A DNA stretch of 64,000 nucleotides. It comes from Trichoplax adhaerens. Taxonomy: Eukaryota; Animalia; Placozoa. The stretch covers positions 2,642,152 through 2,706,151 of the forward strand of contig NW_002060944.1 of assembly GCF_000150275.1 (NCBI RefSeq), read 5' to 3'. Positions 51,576 to 64,000 of the stretch are shown piece after piece. A model generated the notes under the pieces. The model was not told the origin of the DNA and made no database searches. It saw only the letters and a program-made list of their open reading frames with translations. Numbering within the stretch: the first letter of the stretch is position 1; every line of letters starts with the position of its first letter. Made by a program: the position numbers and the translations under genes.

Positions 51576-54500
51576 ATGGCACTCGTGGAAGAACTAAAGC
51601 AATGGAATAAGGAGACTATTCGAGAAAAATTCGATGCTACTCTTTTGCTTATCTTAATATCCTTATTTCTTAAGATGGGATATTGCTGTAGCTAATACCG
51701 TATCATTCAACTAAATCTTACAGTATGTTACTTATATGGTTGAAATAGTCCCTGCAGTGCACAGTGGAAAAATCGACTGTAATTACGTAAATATTCATCG
51801 AAGCAAAGTTAAATGGAATGATTTGACTTTCATTATGTTCAGTAGGAATAATAATAGGAAGAGTAAATAGCAATTACAAGTACATGTAATAACCAACGAT
51901 TATTGCAACTTAGTAAAATTATTCCATCTTGCCAGATGCCTCAAATTTATATCACGTCGAGTGAATTGAAGTTTAGTTGAATTGCACCAACACCACCATG
52001 CAACGGGATCTTCCTTGTATTTTTCTTAGTTTAATGGGATTAACTGTACAGTACATTGCAGCTCAGCAGAATGACGATAGCATTTTCTTGTAACTTAGCT
52101 ATTCTCTTACGCAATGTATTGCATTGATGTTTCAGAAACGCTTGTGAATTTTTGTTTCAGCTACATATCATTGTTGTACACAGTTGTAGAAAACTATAGA
52201 GTATAGTACATGTTATTGGTTTTACTCATTTCTTTAACTAAATTTACGATGAGCTACGACGCGATCAGGACGTTTCACTAAAACTAGGTAAGGCTACTCT
52301 CATTAGGAAAGGATGGTATTGTGCGCGCGCAAAAGCTATGAAACATAACTGTATAGTAGTTAATCACAGTGCATGGTAACGTCGAGGCAATTCTAAAATG
52401 CAGTATAAATGTTATATTCATTGCCTTACTGTACTCGTAGCCTTGTATCTTTATCTACATCCGTTGAGGCATCCACAGTTCAATAAGTTAATGATATTAT
52501 ATATAATGTTTCATGTTGGAACGTTTTAATGATCGGATTCCAAACGGATATATAATACGTTTCAGAATTAATGCACTGCTACTTTTAGTGTATCAATAGA
52601 CTTTATCAAAGTTGAATTTTGAACACTGTAATTCCTATTACTGTATATTAGCGGACCGTGTCCGCTAAGTTCGATTTTGGTCTGTAATTAAAAACGTAGT
52701 ATTTTCCCACGAGATGAAGCAGTATTTAATTACTTAAAAATACTGCAAATTTGTACGTTAATGCTTTAGTTACACGTATTTCTGATTATGATACTATTGC
52801 CGTAAATTTCCACATAGATTATTTTAAATGTGCGACGTCTCACCTATTGCCAACAATAACCATCATGGATGTAGAAGAGAAATTTTTTGCGGTAATACTT
52901 GAACAGGTGATTTGGAAGCTACTATATTGTTTGCAATGAATTTATTACTCATGAAAGTATAAAGTTTTAGACACTAAAGCAAATTAATCATGTTTTGCTT
53001 ATTTTTACGTTGGCCAGAGTTGTGTGCTCTTTGATCAAATTTTAGAAAGGGTAGGTTCTATAATTGGTGACAAGTCAGCTGATAAATCTTCAGAAGATGT
53101 TATAGAGTCATTACAGGTATACTGCAACGATCTACAATTACACTTTTGAGATGGTACTGCATGACGCTGTCTTTCTTTAATTTACTATATCCGGATTGTA
53201 TTTTATGGCAGATACAAACATGCATTCTGCATCTAGTTCATCTGAAAGTAAACTTTCAAAGCGTAGCTTAAATTATAATTACATATGTTTATATTTTGAT
53301 TATCAGCTTTCAATAGATTGTTTGGACTGTTTTGACTGTTGCATTCAATTTGTCATTGAAAAGAAGAATGAAGTATTATTTTTACAAGATATATTGTCAC
53401 TGCCAACCGCTGTATTATACATTATTCATTCTTCCTTTTCGCACTGCAAGAACAGCGATAAAATTTACGGAGAACTTTTTCAATCCGTCTCTACACAATT
53501 GACAACTTTATTTAAGAATTCATTCGCTTTGCAAAAGGTAATCAATGTTCTATAATTCTATAGCATGAGTTAACTTTTTTGATTGAATGGGTTTACAAGG
53601 CATTCCAGCCTGAGATAACTATCAATACAGTACTAATGTCGTAAGAATCATTCATCTGAACCATCCGGTAAATGTCATATTGTAGTCTCTGAATGATCTC
53701 CTTGACGTTGTTAAAATTCCTGACGAAGCTGCTGATCCAGTTTGTGATAAAATGGCTGACAGTAAGTACTCCAACAGACTAGTTTCGATGTTACAGAAGC
53801 TAATTAATAACGTAGTAAGGGAAACATTCTAGATCTGAAATTGTGCATACATACTGTTTGCGTCAATAGCATATTGTTTTTTAGCTGCACGCACGTAACT
53901 AATTCAATTTTATATTATTGCTTAAATCCAGCATTTAACAACCTTACTATCTAATGATTTCCTCTTCTAGTATGTCATCATATTATGGATATTAGCTCTG
54001 TGAGTTGCGGTATGGATATCGCTTTGGTTATAAACACTTGGAAAGCTTTACACAAGTAAGCGATATTTGTTTACCGTTTTATCAAGATTTGCAATTATAA
54101 ATCATTCATTTTGTGGTATTTATACAGGATCATAAATAAATACAAGAATTTATTGGAAGATCGATTAGAAGTTTGTAGATTGCTTAATAGATTACAGTTA
54201 TCAAAATAAATGTTCATGGTATTAATTGAGAATAATATCCTTCCAAATAGCATGATAAGATTATATTTCAGCTAGCAAGTATTGTGTCCGAAAAAATACA
54301 GCAATGCTTGAATATATCCAAAAAAAGAACCGTACAAACACAGGTATTACACAGTAATTCATATGAGACCTTGACATCCATTTGAGTATCTGAATTACAG
54401 TCGTGCAGAGGTTGCAAATGTGTTTGGTATGACTAAATATACATTGTTTAAGATAATATGAAATACTGTAAAAAATAAAATTTAATCTTATTAGCTGCGA

Positions 54501-57500
54501 TTTTGAATATAATTGTTTACTTATCATTCAATCAAGGGGGATCCTAAAGAAGGATTTCATATTTTGAAAATAGCAAAATTCTTTATTAACTTGTTGTTAA
54601 AGTTTCTGAAAGTAAGAAATTGATGTTGCCAAATTCTGGTGCTAGAATTTTAGATTTTCAGACTTCTCGATACGATGAGTAGATATGGAGAGAATTTAAG
54701 CAGACTTGGTTTCGCATTGTATTTTTATTGTTGTTAGGAATTTGGTGACCTAGTAGATACTGAAAGCTCTACGGAAATTTTGTTTCATTTATGTTTGGAG
54801 GCTATCAAGTACTGTATACCTGTCCAATCAAATTTTTCGTTTTATTTCCCTCAATGCATAAATTTGATCAGTCTTTGCACGTATTGTATATTATCTAGTG
54901 CTTATCGATCTAATGTCTTGGAACTGGATATCCAGATCAACCAGGAAGTAGACACTATATTATCATCATTGGTGTGTAAACTTACGATAGTTTTGCATTT
55001 GAAAATCTTATTCTTTCGACGTTATTTGAAATTTCTTTTTCCTTAATTCACTCTAGATCGAACATCTTTGCACTATTCTCGTTACTACTAACATCTATCC
55101 AAAACTTTTATCTGATCGAGTTGCTGGTAAACTATGCATATATAAATTTTTATGGATAACTAATGTTGATTCTTAATTTTCTGATGTTCTGCGTGTATTC
55201 CGTGCTATAAACGTTTATTATGTAGATGCGGAAGGTTTATTGATCTCAAAATGTATAATGTTAATCAAAACATTATTATTAGTCGACACCTCAACCGGTA
55301 TGAATTTTGGTAATTAATCAAACGATAGAGCGCTAGATGTTGATTGATTGCTCTTAGTAGCTAACAACACTTGTACATATTTGTAAATTAGACAAATGCA
55401 AACAGCGGTGGATGAATTTTAAATACAACGATGTACGTAACAATGATAACGCGCTGCAATCGTAAATGTTTAGTCTGTAGAGTGGTGTCATTCTTTTGAC
55501 GTTGTTTTTCTTTAGTGTACTTATTGTATCTTGGATGTGGTTCTTCGTCATGCAGCACGATGTAAGGCCATTGTACTTAATATTATTTTAGTACATATGC
55601 TTATAATCTCTAAAGGTTGCTATGCTTAATATTACAAATTACTAATATCAAATAATCATAACGCATAATTTCTCGCAGGCAATACGTTACTGCTACAAAC
55701 TGTAAATGTAAATAGTACCTCTCCTGAAATTCAAAGATGGTAATCTGTAATAGCGTTTGAAGCTGGGCTAATCTCACAATGTTATTTAGTAATGTTTAAA
55801 TATCTCTAATTTTTTAATTTTAATTTATAGTAAAAGGGAATGTACACTGTATGAATATGTACTTGATGGATGCCTACAATTTGTTACTGGGATGACAAAT
55901 CACTTTCTGGACACGATAGTAAGCTATATTTAAAATTCCGAATGCTTTTCGTATTAATTGTACAGATTGTGTTTGATTACTAATTATAATTAATCGTTCT
56001 TTTGAAAAGTAAAAATTTGAAGTACTAATGCATTGTGCATATATTGTGTTGAATTGCAATAGGAAAAATGTTTATTTCAGCAATTACTTGAAAATGCTGA
56101 TAATTTTGCATTTACGATAGTTTCTGACATTTTGGTTCATATGTCGAGGTAATAAAACAATTTCGATTGCGTAAAATTTAATTTAAAGTGAACAGTGTTC
56201 AGGAAGCTGAAATTTTCAGTTTATATTATCTATAGCTCGTCAAATGTGGTGGCATTGAAGTATTCTCATTTAATAGCTAATTTGGTAAGAAAACGGCTGT
56301 GCTACTTCTTTGAACGAATAATAATGATGAGATGAATTTATATCTTGTGACGATTATTATTTCTATAGATCCGAGAACTACCAACATCATCGCTTTCACC
56401 TTACAACAAAATTTGTTGGCTATTACAACGGTGTTATTCATGTCTGACAGAAGGCGATCAGGTTTGATTTTTACATTTATCAATTTATTGAAAAATAATC
56501 TTTTCAAATCTGCTGATACTCCTTATACCTATTATTTATGTGGAATAAATTAAAGAAACAAATGGTTGAAATCTTTGATCCGGAGGATATCTCAAATCTA
56601 TCGGTTTGGAGAGAATTAACTAAAAGTAACATCTCCAATCCGTTATTGTTAGAGGTTATAAAAATTTTTTTTTAAATCAATTGCTTCAAAAGGTGTCTCT
56701 TTGAATGAAGCCAAAGCATTTCTTCTTCTTGAACTTCATAAATTATATCTTACTGTAGATTCATCAGCGCATATACCCTTTGTGTTTGAAATGTTGTAAA
56801 CTATGGATAAGTGACAAATCGCGAGATAATGGGTGCATTGTAAGAAGTTACCTTACATTATACTTGCATCTCGAAATTGCAGCTTATAACATTTACATAT
56901 CCGTTTCTTAAGTTTCGTTTGCTTCCAATTTTAGCTGGATTGTATGATGTACTTGAATAATATGAATCGCCATTTGTATATTATGAATTCTATGGACCAA
57001 AATGAAATTACTGAATTAGTGTATGATATATGGCAATCTTTGATGAAGCAAGCATATAAGGTAATGGTTTGAAATTAAGCTTTATTTACTAAAAATCTGA
57101 TACCGTTACTTCAATGTTACTGTTAGGTGAACTATCGAGTCCTTACGATGCTAATATATTTGACTGGATCTTGCGTATCTTCATTATCGCATTCACATTT
57201 GTTAGAGGTAACTACAATTCGTGAAGCAAGTAAATTACTTATGCATATAGTGATTATAATCTCCGGCATAACTAAGTGCAGTTAATAAGGTTTGGTGATA
57301 GTGTAAGTTATTAAATATATGTTTATTATCTACAGATTTTGACAGTGATAATCAAAGTTATAGAGAGCAATAATTACTTGGGGTTGAATCTATGCGTAGC
57401 AGATTTTATAGGTTGTTGCGGGAAGAAATCTTTATATGGAAATTATCAGGTACTGTAAGTTTTAGTAATTATAATCTAAAGCTTAGACTAGGGCTATATA

Positions 57501-59002
57501 CATATTACGCAAATGACCTCTACATTACAGGAGAAGATTTCCCGAATTCTTAGCGCGATCTACTGCAACTTGATGCTTTCGAAGGACTGGCTTGTTCATG
57601 ATCGCGCTTTATATGCTTTTAAGAATTTCGCTGAGGTAATAGTGAGAACATGAAATGTGCTAAGAAATTATACCGCAATAGAAATAATCTAGCTATCGCC
57701 ATCAAAAATTATATATTGTGTACACAGCTAATTAACGTAATTTTGCCAGCCTTGATGTGAATTAGTAGCGTATTTAGAATTATATTTATTTGCAAGACTT
57801 TACTGGCGGTTACCATTTTGTTCATGATTCAGTTTCTTTAGCACACACATTAGAAGCATAATGAAAATCAATATTACTAAAGAATACGAATGTTTCATTA
57901 GATCACCCCTCATACAGATATGGTTCAAAATTGCGTCCCGAATACCTTGAAAGATGCAGTTGTTGATTTTCTGAATTCGGTACGACAAATAAATATATTC
58001 AGAAAGGCATGACACCAATTTCGACTTTAGAAATCATTAGTAGGTAAATGTACTAATGTTGAGATTTATTATGCTCTGTATGCCTTTCGTATTAATAGAC
58101 GCCGTATAAACGCGAAAAGTTCAAAATGATGGTATGTTAAATAACAATTTAGTTGAATCTGTTAAACTGGAGAAATTGTAAAATATAAATTTTAAACTTA
58201 ACGATACTGGTGAGAAGCTAACCTACGATATCATACCGCTATTTTGTAAAATTAATTAGGAGGATGATGTTGTTAAGTTATTTGCTCTTACAAAGAAAAG
58301 TACAGAAAGATATGACAAAGTGAGTAGGATTTTTAGTGCGTTATGCGGGTCCACGGGTGCACTTAACAATAATCATTCTTAAAGCATTAAACGTTGAATT
58401 TTATTATAAATTATATATGATCAGCGAAAGCTAACCTTCGACTTTGCCGGTGACACGAATAAACGTCGTAAAGGCGATACGATTGGCGATGACTACTTAG
58501 CAACGGTATAATGAGTATAATTATTTCATATTTGCAACTTAAGTTTTTTACTAAAAGTCTACTGCATTGTGAAATAAGTATCGTTACTACTCTATACAAG
58601 TACATTATATCTATTGCATTGGCTAAGAAGGTTGTCAATGATCATCATCTTGTTATTAATATATTATGTAATACGTCGATATTCATAGCTAAGAAAGGAA
58701 AACAACCTTTCAAGCGTCGATGAACAGGTAAAATTAAGGGATCGACAATAGCTTACTTTGCAAAAAATACCGGATTGAATACAATACCCTCGTCCATTTA
58801 TAGCCGTATGCAAAATTATTCAGAAACGATTAACATTGAATTGCTTTAGGTGATTGAAGCTAGCAGCAAAATACTCCAAAACATATTCGGCAGCATAGAA
58901 AAGTTGATGATGTTCTACCAAGAAGAAAATGTAGACATAGAATTGCAAAAATTGCAGCTTCAGAGTTTATACGGTTATATTTCTACCCTAGTTAAAGGGT
59001 AG
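51576..59002 (+). CDS. FIRRM: FIRRM / C1orf112 (FIGNL1-interacting regulator of recombination and mitosis) homolog, many short exons
   Basis: ILSLPTAVLYIIHSSFSHCKNSDKIYGELFQSVSTQLTTLFKNSFALQK (~53390-53537) matches the conserved C1orf112 segment SLP..VL.II...F.HCK.S...Y...VS..L..LFK....LQK. NTWK (~54035), LKIAKFFIN (~54570) and DWLVHDRALYAFKNFAE (~57590) also match. First exon MALVEELKQWNKET at 51576; last exon ends with TAG at 59002. The exact internal and 3' exon structure is less certain. Confidence 0.85.
51657..52247 (+). other. U12-type (minor spliceosome) AT-AC intron, first intron of FIRRM
   Basis: 5' end ATATCCTT at 51657, branch-like TTCTTTAAC at 52230-52238, AC at 52246-52247. Splicing joins ...LLLIL to DELRRDQDVSLKL in frame (phase 0). 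Confidence 0.88.
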
Positions 59003-60004
59003 GCTTATTATAGAGATAATCGATATAATCATTATCTGTTAACGATACATATATTTTATGTACGAAATTTCTTTATTTGCTTGGGAGCTGTCTCAATGAT
59101 ATGAACAGATAAGATGCTACCAGATAGTTCTGAAAAAGTAGATATAATAACAAATCTTGCAATTTATTTCGTATTTTTGCAGTGGCTTATCTTATTACAA
59201 ATCTGTATATGAACATTTAATTTCCTTTCTAATAAAATTTTTAATGACAAGAATACAGCATAATTTATCCGAGTATTTGAAATATCTTGATGAAATTTCC
59301 TTGTAATAAATACTAACACATTAGCAGCTGCAAACAATTCATTATTTCAATCATTAAAAGCGTTAGATGAGGATATTCAATTGTTTGACTAAATAATTTT
59401 TTCATTAGGTTAATTTTTAATCGTGTACTTTGAACCAAATTTATGAGTTTAAATGCGAATATTGGTGGTTCAGTCCATAAAGTCCTGTATTTATAATTGT
59501 TAAATATCAAGTTGACGTACTAGTAGGCGTACGTATAGTGTACTGTAAATGCAGTTTACAAAGGTGGCCAATTCGTTGTGAAGTTGTGAATTATTACACA
59601 AAGCTTATTTATCTAGTTACAGATAACGCGACGGACATAGAAATACCAACCGTGGCACATAATATCCATGGCCATTTATTGAAAAGGTACATTTTATTGT
59701 CTTCGCCTTGGAGAACGGCTTTGCTAAAATCGATTCCTACTAGTAACCTCTGGTTGGATAAACCACCTAAAACGAATACGAAAAGTTTTCAGTAGTTTAA
59801 GACTTACTTTTGCTGAAATAGTTGTCTTTCAATATTCCATGCATATAAAGTATACGAGTACGTACATCAACTTACGGTGATAGTGAAAATGATAAAAATA
59901 TCACTGCAAACTGTGCTACTTAGTTTATCGAGTTTTAGTTAACAGCTCCTTCCTATGCCGTGCTATATAAATAATGCTACATTCAACGTTATGTCGATAG
60001 ACAT

Positions 60005-60650
60005 ACTGTACTCCTCCACGAGTACGTAGAGTACAGTACTGTACAGTACAGTACAACTTTTAAATCTGCAGTAAGTTTATCTTTTTGATAAAATATTTTT
60101 TGATAACAGGCTCTACCCGGTAAATCTTGTAAGGATCATGAATCAAGAAACATTTCTAGTGAAGTTTATTGTAAGATACAGTGTAGAAACGCAGTAATGT
60201 CTGTATTTTGGAGGAGAAAAAAATTGAAGATAGGTGATGACAATGGACCTCAATGCCAACGTTATCACGACAAATCTACTGACAACTATCAACAAGATAA
60301 ACTAACATTCTAATCAATAATTAATTTTTAACCCAAATCATACACTAATCATGCACTCTTATAGCATACAGTAGTGTAATATTAAAATAATGTTCTATTA
60401 TTTTATTTTATATATATAAATTTTCATATGCCGCAATGTAATACGGACTACTACAGTAGAAAGAAACTGTGAGTGAGCGATAAAGTAAATCTCGAAACTC
60501 TGTTGGACTCGGGGTCGATTTCGAGTCGAGCCGAGACGATACCGTACTGTACAGTACCTATCAACACCGTATTACTGTGATGGCACAGTACTGTACTGTA
60601 TTGTACTGTACTGTACTGTACTGTACTTAGAGTACTGTACTGTCATACTG
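60005..60650. repeat. ACAGT/TACTG pentamer clusters (~60005-60055 and ~60543-60650)
   Basis: For example TACTGTACTGTACTGTACTGTAC near 60604 and GTACAGTACTGTACAGTACAGTACA near 60031. Confidence 0.8.
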
Positions 60651-61364
60651 TGGATTACTAGAAACTCTCCTCAGACGGATGGACTTTCATACCTGATAAG
60701 ACCGAAAATATGAAAAAAAATAGTTACGGAGTCTCGATCTTCCATGTCCGTTTTCTAAATCACTCGTATTCATTTGAATAACATTCGTGATCTAAATGGG
60801 CTGCTTCTAAGCTGAGCTTAGTAACAAGCAATGGAATGCAATGTAATATTACTTAATTTAGAAAAAATCAGTCAATTCAGAATCGGCTATCTGCATACTA
60901 AAGTACTGTCATAATGAAGTGTTTGGCACAATCTACAGGTATTGTCCAAATACGGCCAGATATCTGTCCGTCCAAAGGAGTTTCCAGTCCAGGTATTTTT
61001 CTAGTAGTCCAGGTGTCCAATAAGTCACTGTCCATGGTACTGTACAGTTTTAGCTATCACAGAGACTGCGCACTAGAGATTGAAGAGTCTCTAGTGGGAG
61101 ACTCTCTCTCTAAAAAAAAACCCCTTGGTCGATCGTACTGTACTGTACGAAAATTAAAATCATTTATTTCACAAAAATAAATTATATAGGCATGTTTATG
61201 AGAGCTTCTTCTTTCCACACATAACAATTTTGATGAATTTCGTTCTCAAAATGTCGCAAAACATTAGTGTTGATTTCTCTGAAACGAAAAGGATCAAGCT
61301 GTACAGTACTTCCGTTATTTGCATGATAGTACAGTAGTAACAGTACCATAAGGATTTTCTTATC

Positions 61365-61620
61365 CATACAGTACAGTACTGTATCTCTATGATGGCACCA
61401 GACTGTACTGTACTGTACAGTATAGTGTACAGTACAGTACAGTACTGTGCCTTAGGCAGATACAGGACAGCACAGTACTTCTAAAGACCTACAGTACTTA
61501 TTACCCTACTGTACTGTACTGTACTACTCGCGTACTGTACTGTACTACTCGCGTACTGTACTGTACAGTACTGTACAGTACAATATCCAAAACCACGGTT
61601 GTACAACAGTAAAGTACAGT
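61365..61620 (+). promoter_or_regulatory. ACAGT/TACTG pentamer array upstream of PSMB1, with a 21-bp duplicated unit containing TACTACTCGCG
   Basis: Dense pentamers in both orientations 80-340 bp upstream of the ATG at 61703; TACTGTACTGTACTACTCGCG occurs twice at ~61512-61553. Confidence 0.6.
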
Positions 61621-61702
61621 AGATGCTTGCCGACTGTGACTGTAGGCACGAGTCAAGGAAAGGCTTCTGCAACCTCATCGCTAATAAATAAGTTAAGTAA
61701 TT

Positions 61703-63922
61703 ATGGCTGCTGAACTAAAGAAAGCAATATATCCAGAAAATGCTACGATTGGATTGCCTACGCAACACCGGTTCGACCCGTATACTCTAAATGGAGGGTC
61801 AGTTAAAATCCTTTTCAATTTGTAAATAATTTGTTAGACCTGTATCCAATCTGTGAAAAGAATCTAGCTTTGTCAATTGTTGCTTCGTCATGGAGGGTAG
61901 ACTGGGTAGTACAATTTCCTTGATTACTGTACAATCTCAATGGATACCTTGCAAGATTCAGACTAGAATGTTTTTGGTAACAGTTGTTTCAGTGGTATAA
62001 AGTTATTACGCAAGTAAAAAACGCATTTAATTTCCAATAGAAAATATTTAAAATCGTAATATAGCCAAATTTTATTCCTTTATGTCGTCCTCTGTCTGTC
62101 ATCAATTATAGTTACAGTACTTTGTTCAGCCATAGAGGGCATGTAGTCTTCTTTTACTTTAATTCGATATGGAAAGAAAGCCGCCAGTCGAATATTAGGA
62201 AGGAAATAATTTTAGAAGTTGTGCTTTATGATTAAAAAATAACCAAGGACTGACTACGAATCTTTTTGATACGATGATATTCAGTTAATTTACTCAACGT
62301 TAATTTGTGCGTAATTAAACGCTATGACTACGAGTATGTTTTACTACGTGCGCGTTGATTGTACTATTGTATAATGGAAGTCACTGCCGCTTGAAAGTAT
62401 TCGCCAGTTGCAGGCACGATTTGTCTTGATATTTCGCCCGAACCAACACTTTTCATCGTCTTATCAATATCTTTTAGTGTACACTTTGTTAGTGTACGAT
62501 ATAGGTTGCAATAGTGAAACAACCAATTCATAACTTTTAAATTACGCTATACTGAATTTCAATGCTTATATAGTATTTTATTCTTGTCCAAGAAAGTATC
62601 AGTAAATTAATGTAACTGTACTACTGATTATTGATACGAAATAGTTAGCAAGAAGATCACTTTTATGCTTTTTTGTGAAACTGCTATTTAAATGATTTTT
62701 TGTACGTAACATATTACGGTGAGCTATGGATACAGACAGGTCAAGAAAGATAGTAGATGTAATTTTATTGACTAAGTTGTTAATTCAGCATACGTTTATT
62801 GATTTGACGTAGGACCATTGTCGGAGTTGCTGGAGATAACTTTGCTATTCTAGCAGGTGATACGCGTCTCAGCGAAGGCTTTATGATCCATAGCAGAGAT
62901 ACCTCCAAGATTTATAAACTGTAAGTATAGATAGTATAATATATTGTGTCGAAGAGAGACGCTCGACTGCAGCTAACGGTCTTATCTGGCTATTTTACGA
63001 TGGCTTGATTATACTGTGATTATGCTTCACCTGTTCTACGTTGAATGTTATATTAGGACGGAGAAAACATTCTTGGGAACGTGTGGCTTCCAAGGAGATG
63101 TCTTGACATTAACCAGATTATTAAATGCTCGTCTAACTGTAAGCATTAATGAGTAGTCTCATCTCGGATACAGTATTAAGATATATGTAAAATCATCGTT
63201 AATAAGCCATTGCATTGTTGAAATAAGAAGATATGTATAAGTATTAACAATTAATTACTAACTCTATGTAATGGTCCTGCTAGATGTACGAATTTGAACA
63301 TCGCAAGAAGATGAGGTAACCTGATTGATTGCTATTAGATGTTTAGTGATTGGTTTAATATTTATTGCAATTGCTGAAGGCAATGCTTCTACTAACCCAC
63401 ACATGCATTTATACGATTTTAGTTCAACGGCAATTTCCCAAATGTTATCCACGGTTCTATATTATCGTCGTTTCTTCCCGTATTACACATTTAACATTTT
63501 AGCTGGAATCGATACCGATGGCAAAGGTTGCATATATAGTTATGATGCAGTTGGAAACTATGAGAAACATACGTATCATGCTTCAGGCACTGCATCTTCA
63601 ATGTTACAGCCTCTATTGGATAATCAGGTAACCTTAATAGTTTTTTTACTAAAGTGGATAGCAAAATTTCTAGCCTTCCTAGCTCCCTTGAGTTAATTAC
63701 GAGTCGCCATCGCTATGCTGTATTATATCTTAACAGGTAGGATATTTGAATCAGGAAGGTGTCAGACGTGTTCCACTGACTATAGATAAAGCCAGAACGC
63801 TTATTAAAGACGTATTTATCTCTGCAACTGAACGAGACATGTACACAGGTGATAGCTTGCATATTGTCACTATAACATCTGATGGAGTCACAGAAGATCA
63901 TTTTCCTTTACGACGCGACTAA
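61703..63922 (+). CDS. PSMB1: 20S proteasome subunit beta type-1 (beta6/C5)
   Basis: Exons 61703-61797 ([11 protein letters not shown]), 62813-62920 ([16 protein letters not shown]), 63057-63138 (GFQGDVLTL), 63284-63315, 63423-63627 ([19 protein letters not shown]...YSYDAVG...MLQPLLDNQ), 63737-63922 ([15 protein letters not shown]...LRRD*). Confidence 0.97.
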
Positions 63923-64000
63923 TCTCTAATGTTTAAAGTAGGCTTAACGTCTTTGATTTGTTTGTAATGTGTAATGTCAAAGGTTATGTAATACGGTATC

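Noticed and set aside
54235-54242. Second ATATCCTT, possible U12 donor inside FIRRM
   Set aside because: It lies in the pyrimidine tract of a normal acceptor (AAATAG at 54250). The following exon HDKIIFQL... continues the frame by GT-AG splicing.
60229-60300. Box C/D snoRNA-like layout (GTGATGA...CTGA with a GATAG/CTATC stem)
   Set aside because: I could not identify an rRNA-complementary guide or a host intron, and the boxes are common by chance in AT-rich DNA; needs snoscan or Rfam.

Overview
AT-rich, intron-dense animal genomic DNA with short GT-AG introns and ACAGT/TACTG pentamer arrays next to gene starts. Gene content and sequence style suggest a placozoan such as Trichoplax (inference, not verified). 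Manual splicing gives eight genes. Three consecutive tandem paralog pairs come first. (1) Two transmembrane channel-like (TMC) genes on the minus strand; the first runs off the left edge and is essentially invisible in the ORF track. (2) Two secreted S1A serine proteases with an elastase/proteinase-3-like pocket; the second is disrupted by a frameshift and two TGA codons. (3) Two discoidin domain receptor (DDR)-like receptor tyrosine kinases; both have lost the DFG aspartate, and one has a duplicated discoidin domain. Two single-copy housekeeping genes follow: FIRRM/C1orf112, whose first intron is a U12-type AT-AC intron, and proteasome subunit PSMB1. Non-coding structure includes a 147-bp tandem repeat, an inverted-repeat element carrying a copy of the FIRRM promoter next to a 50-N gap, and several palindromic or motif clusters. 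No CRISPR array, rRNA, credible tRNA or autonomous transposon was found. Exon boundaries were derived by eye and may be off by a few bases.
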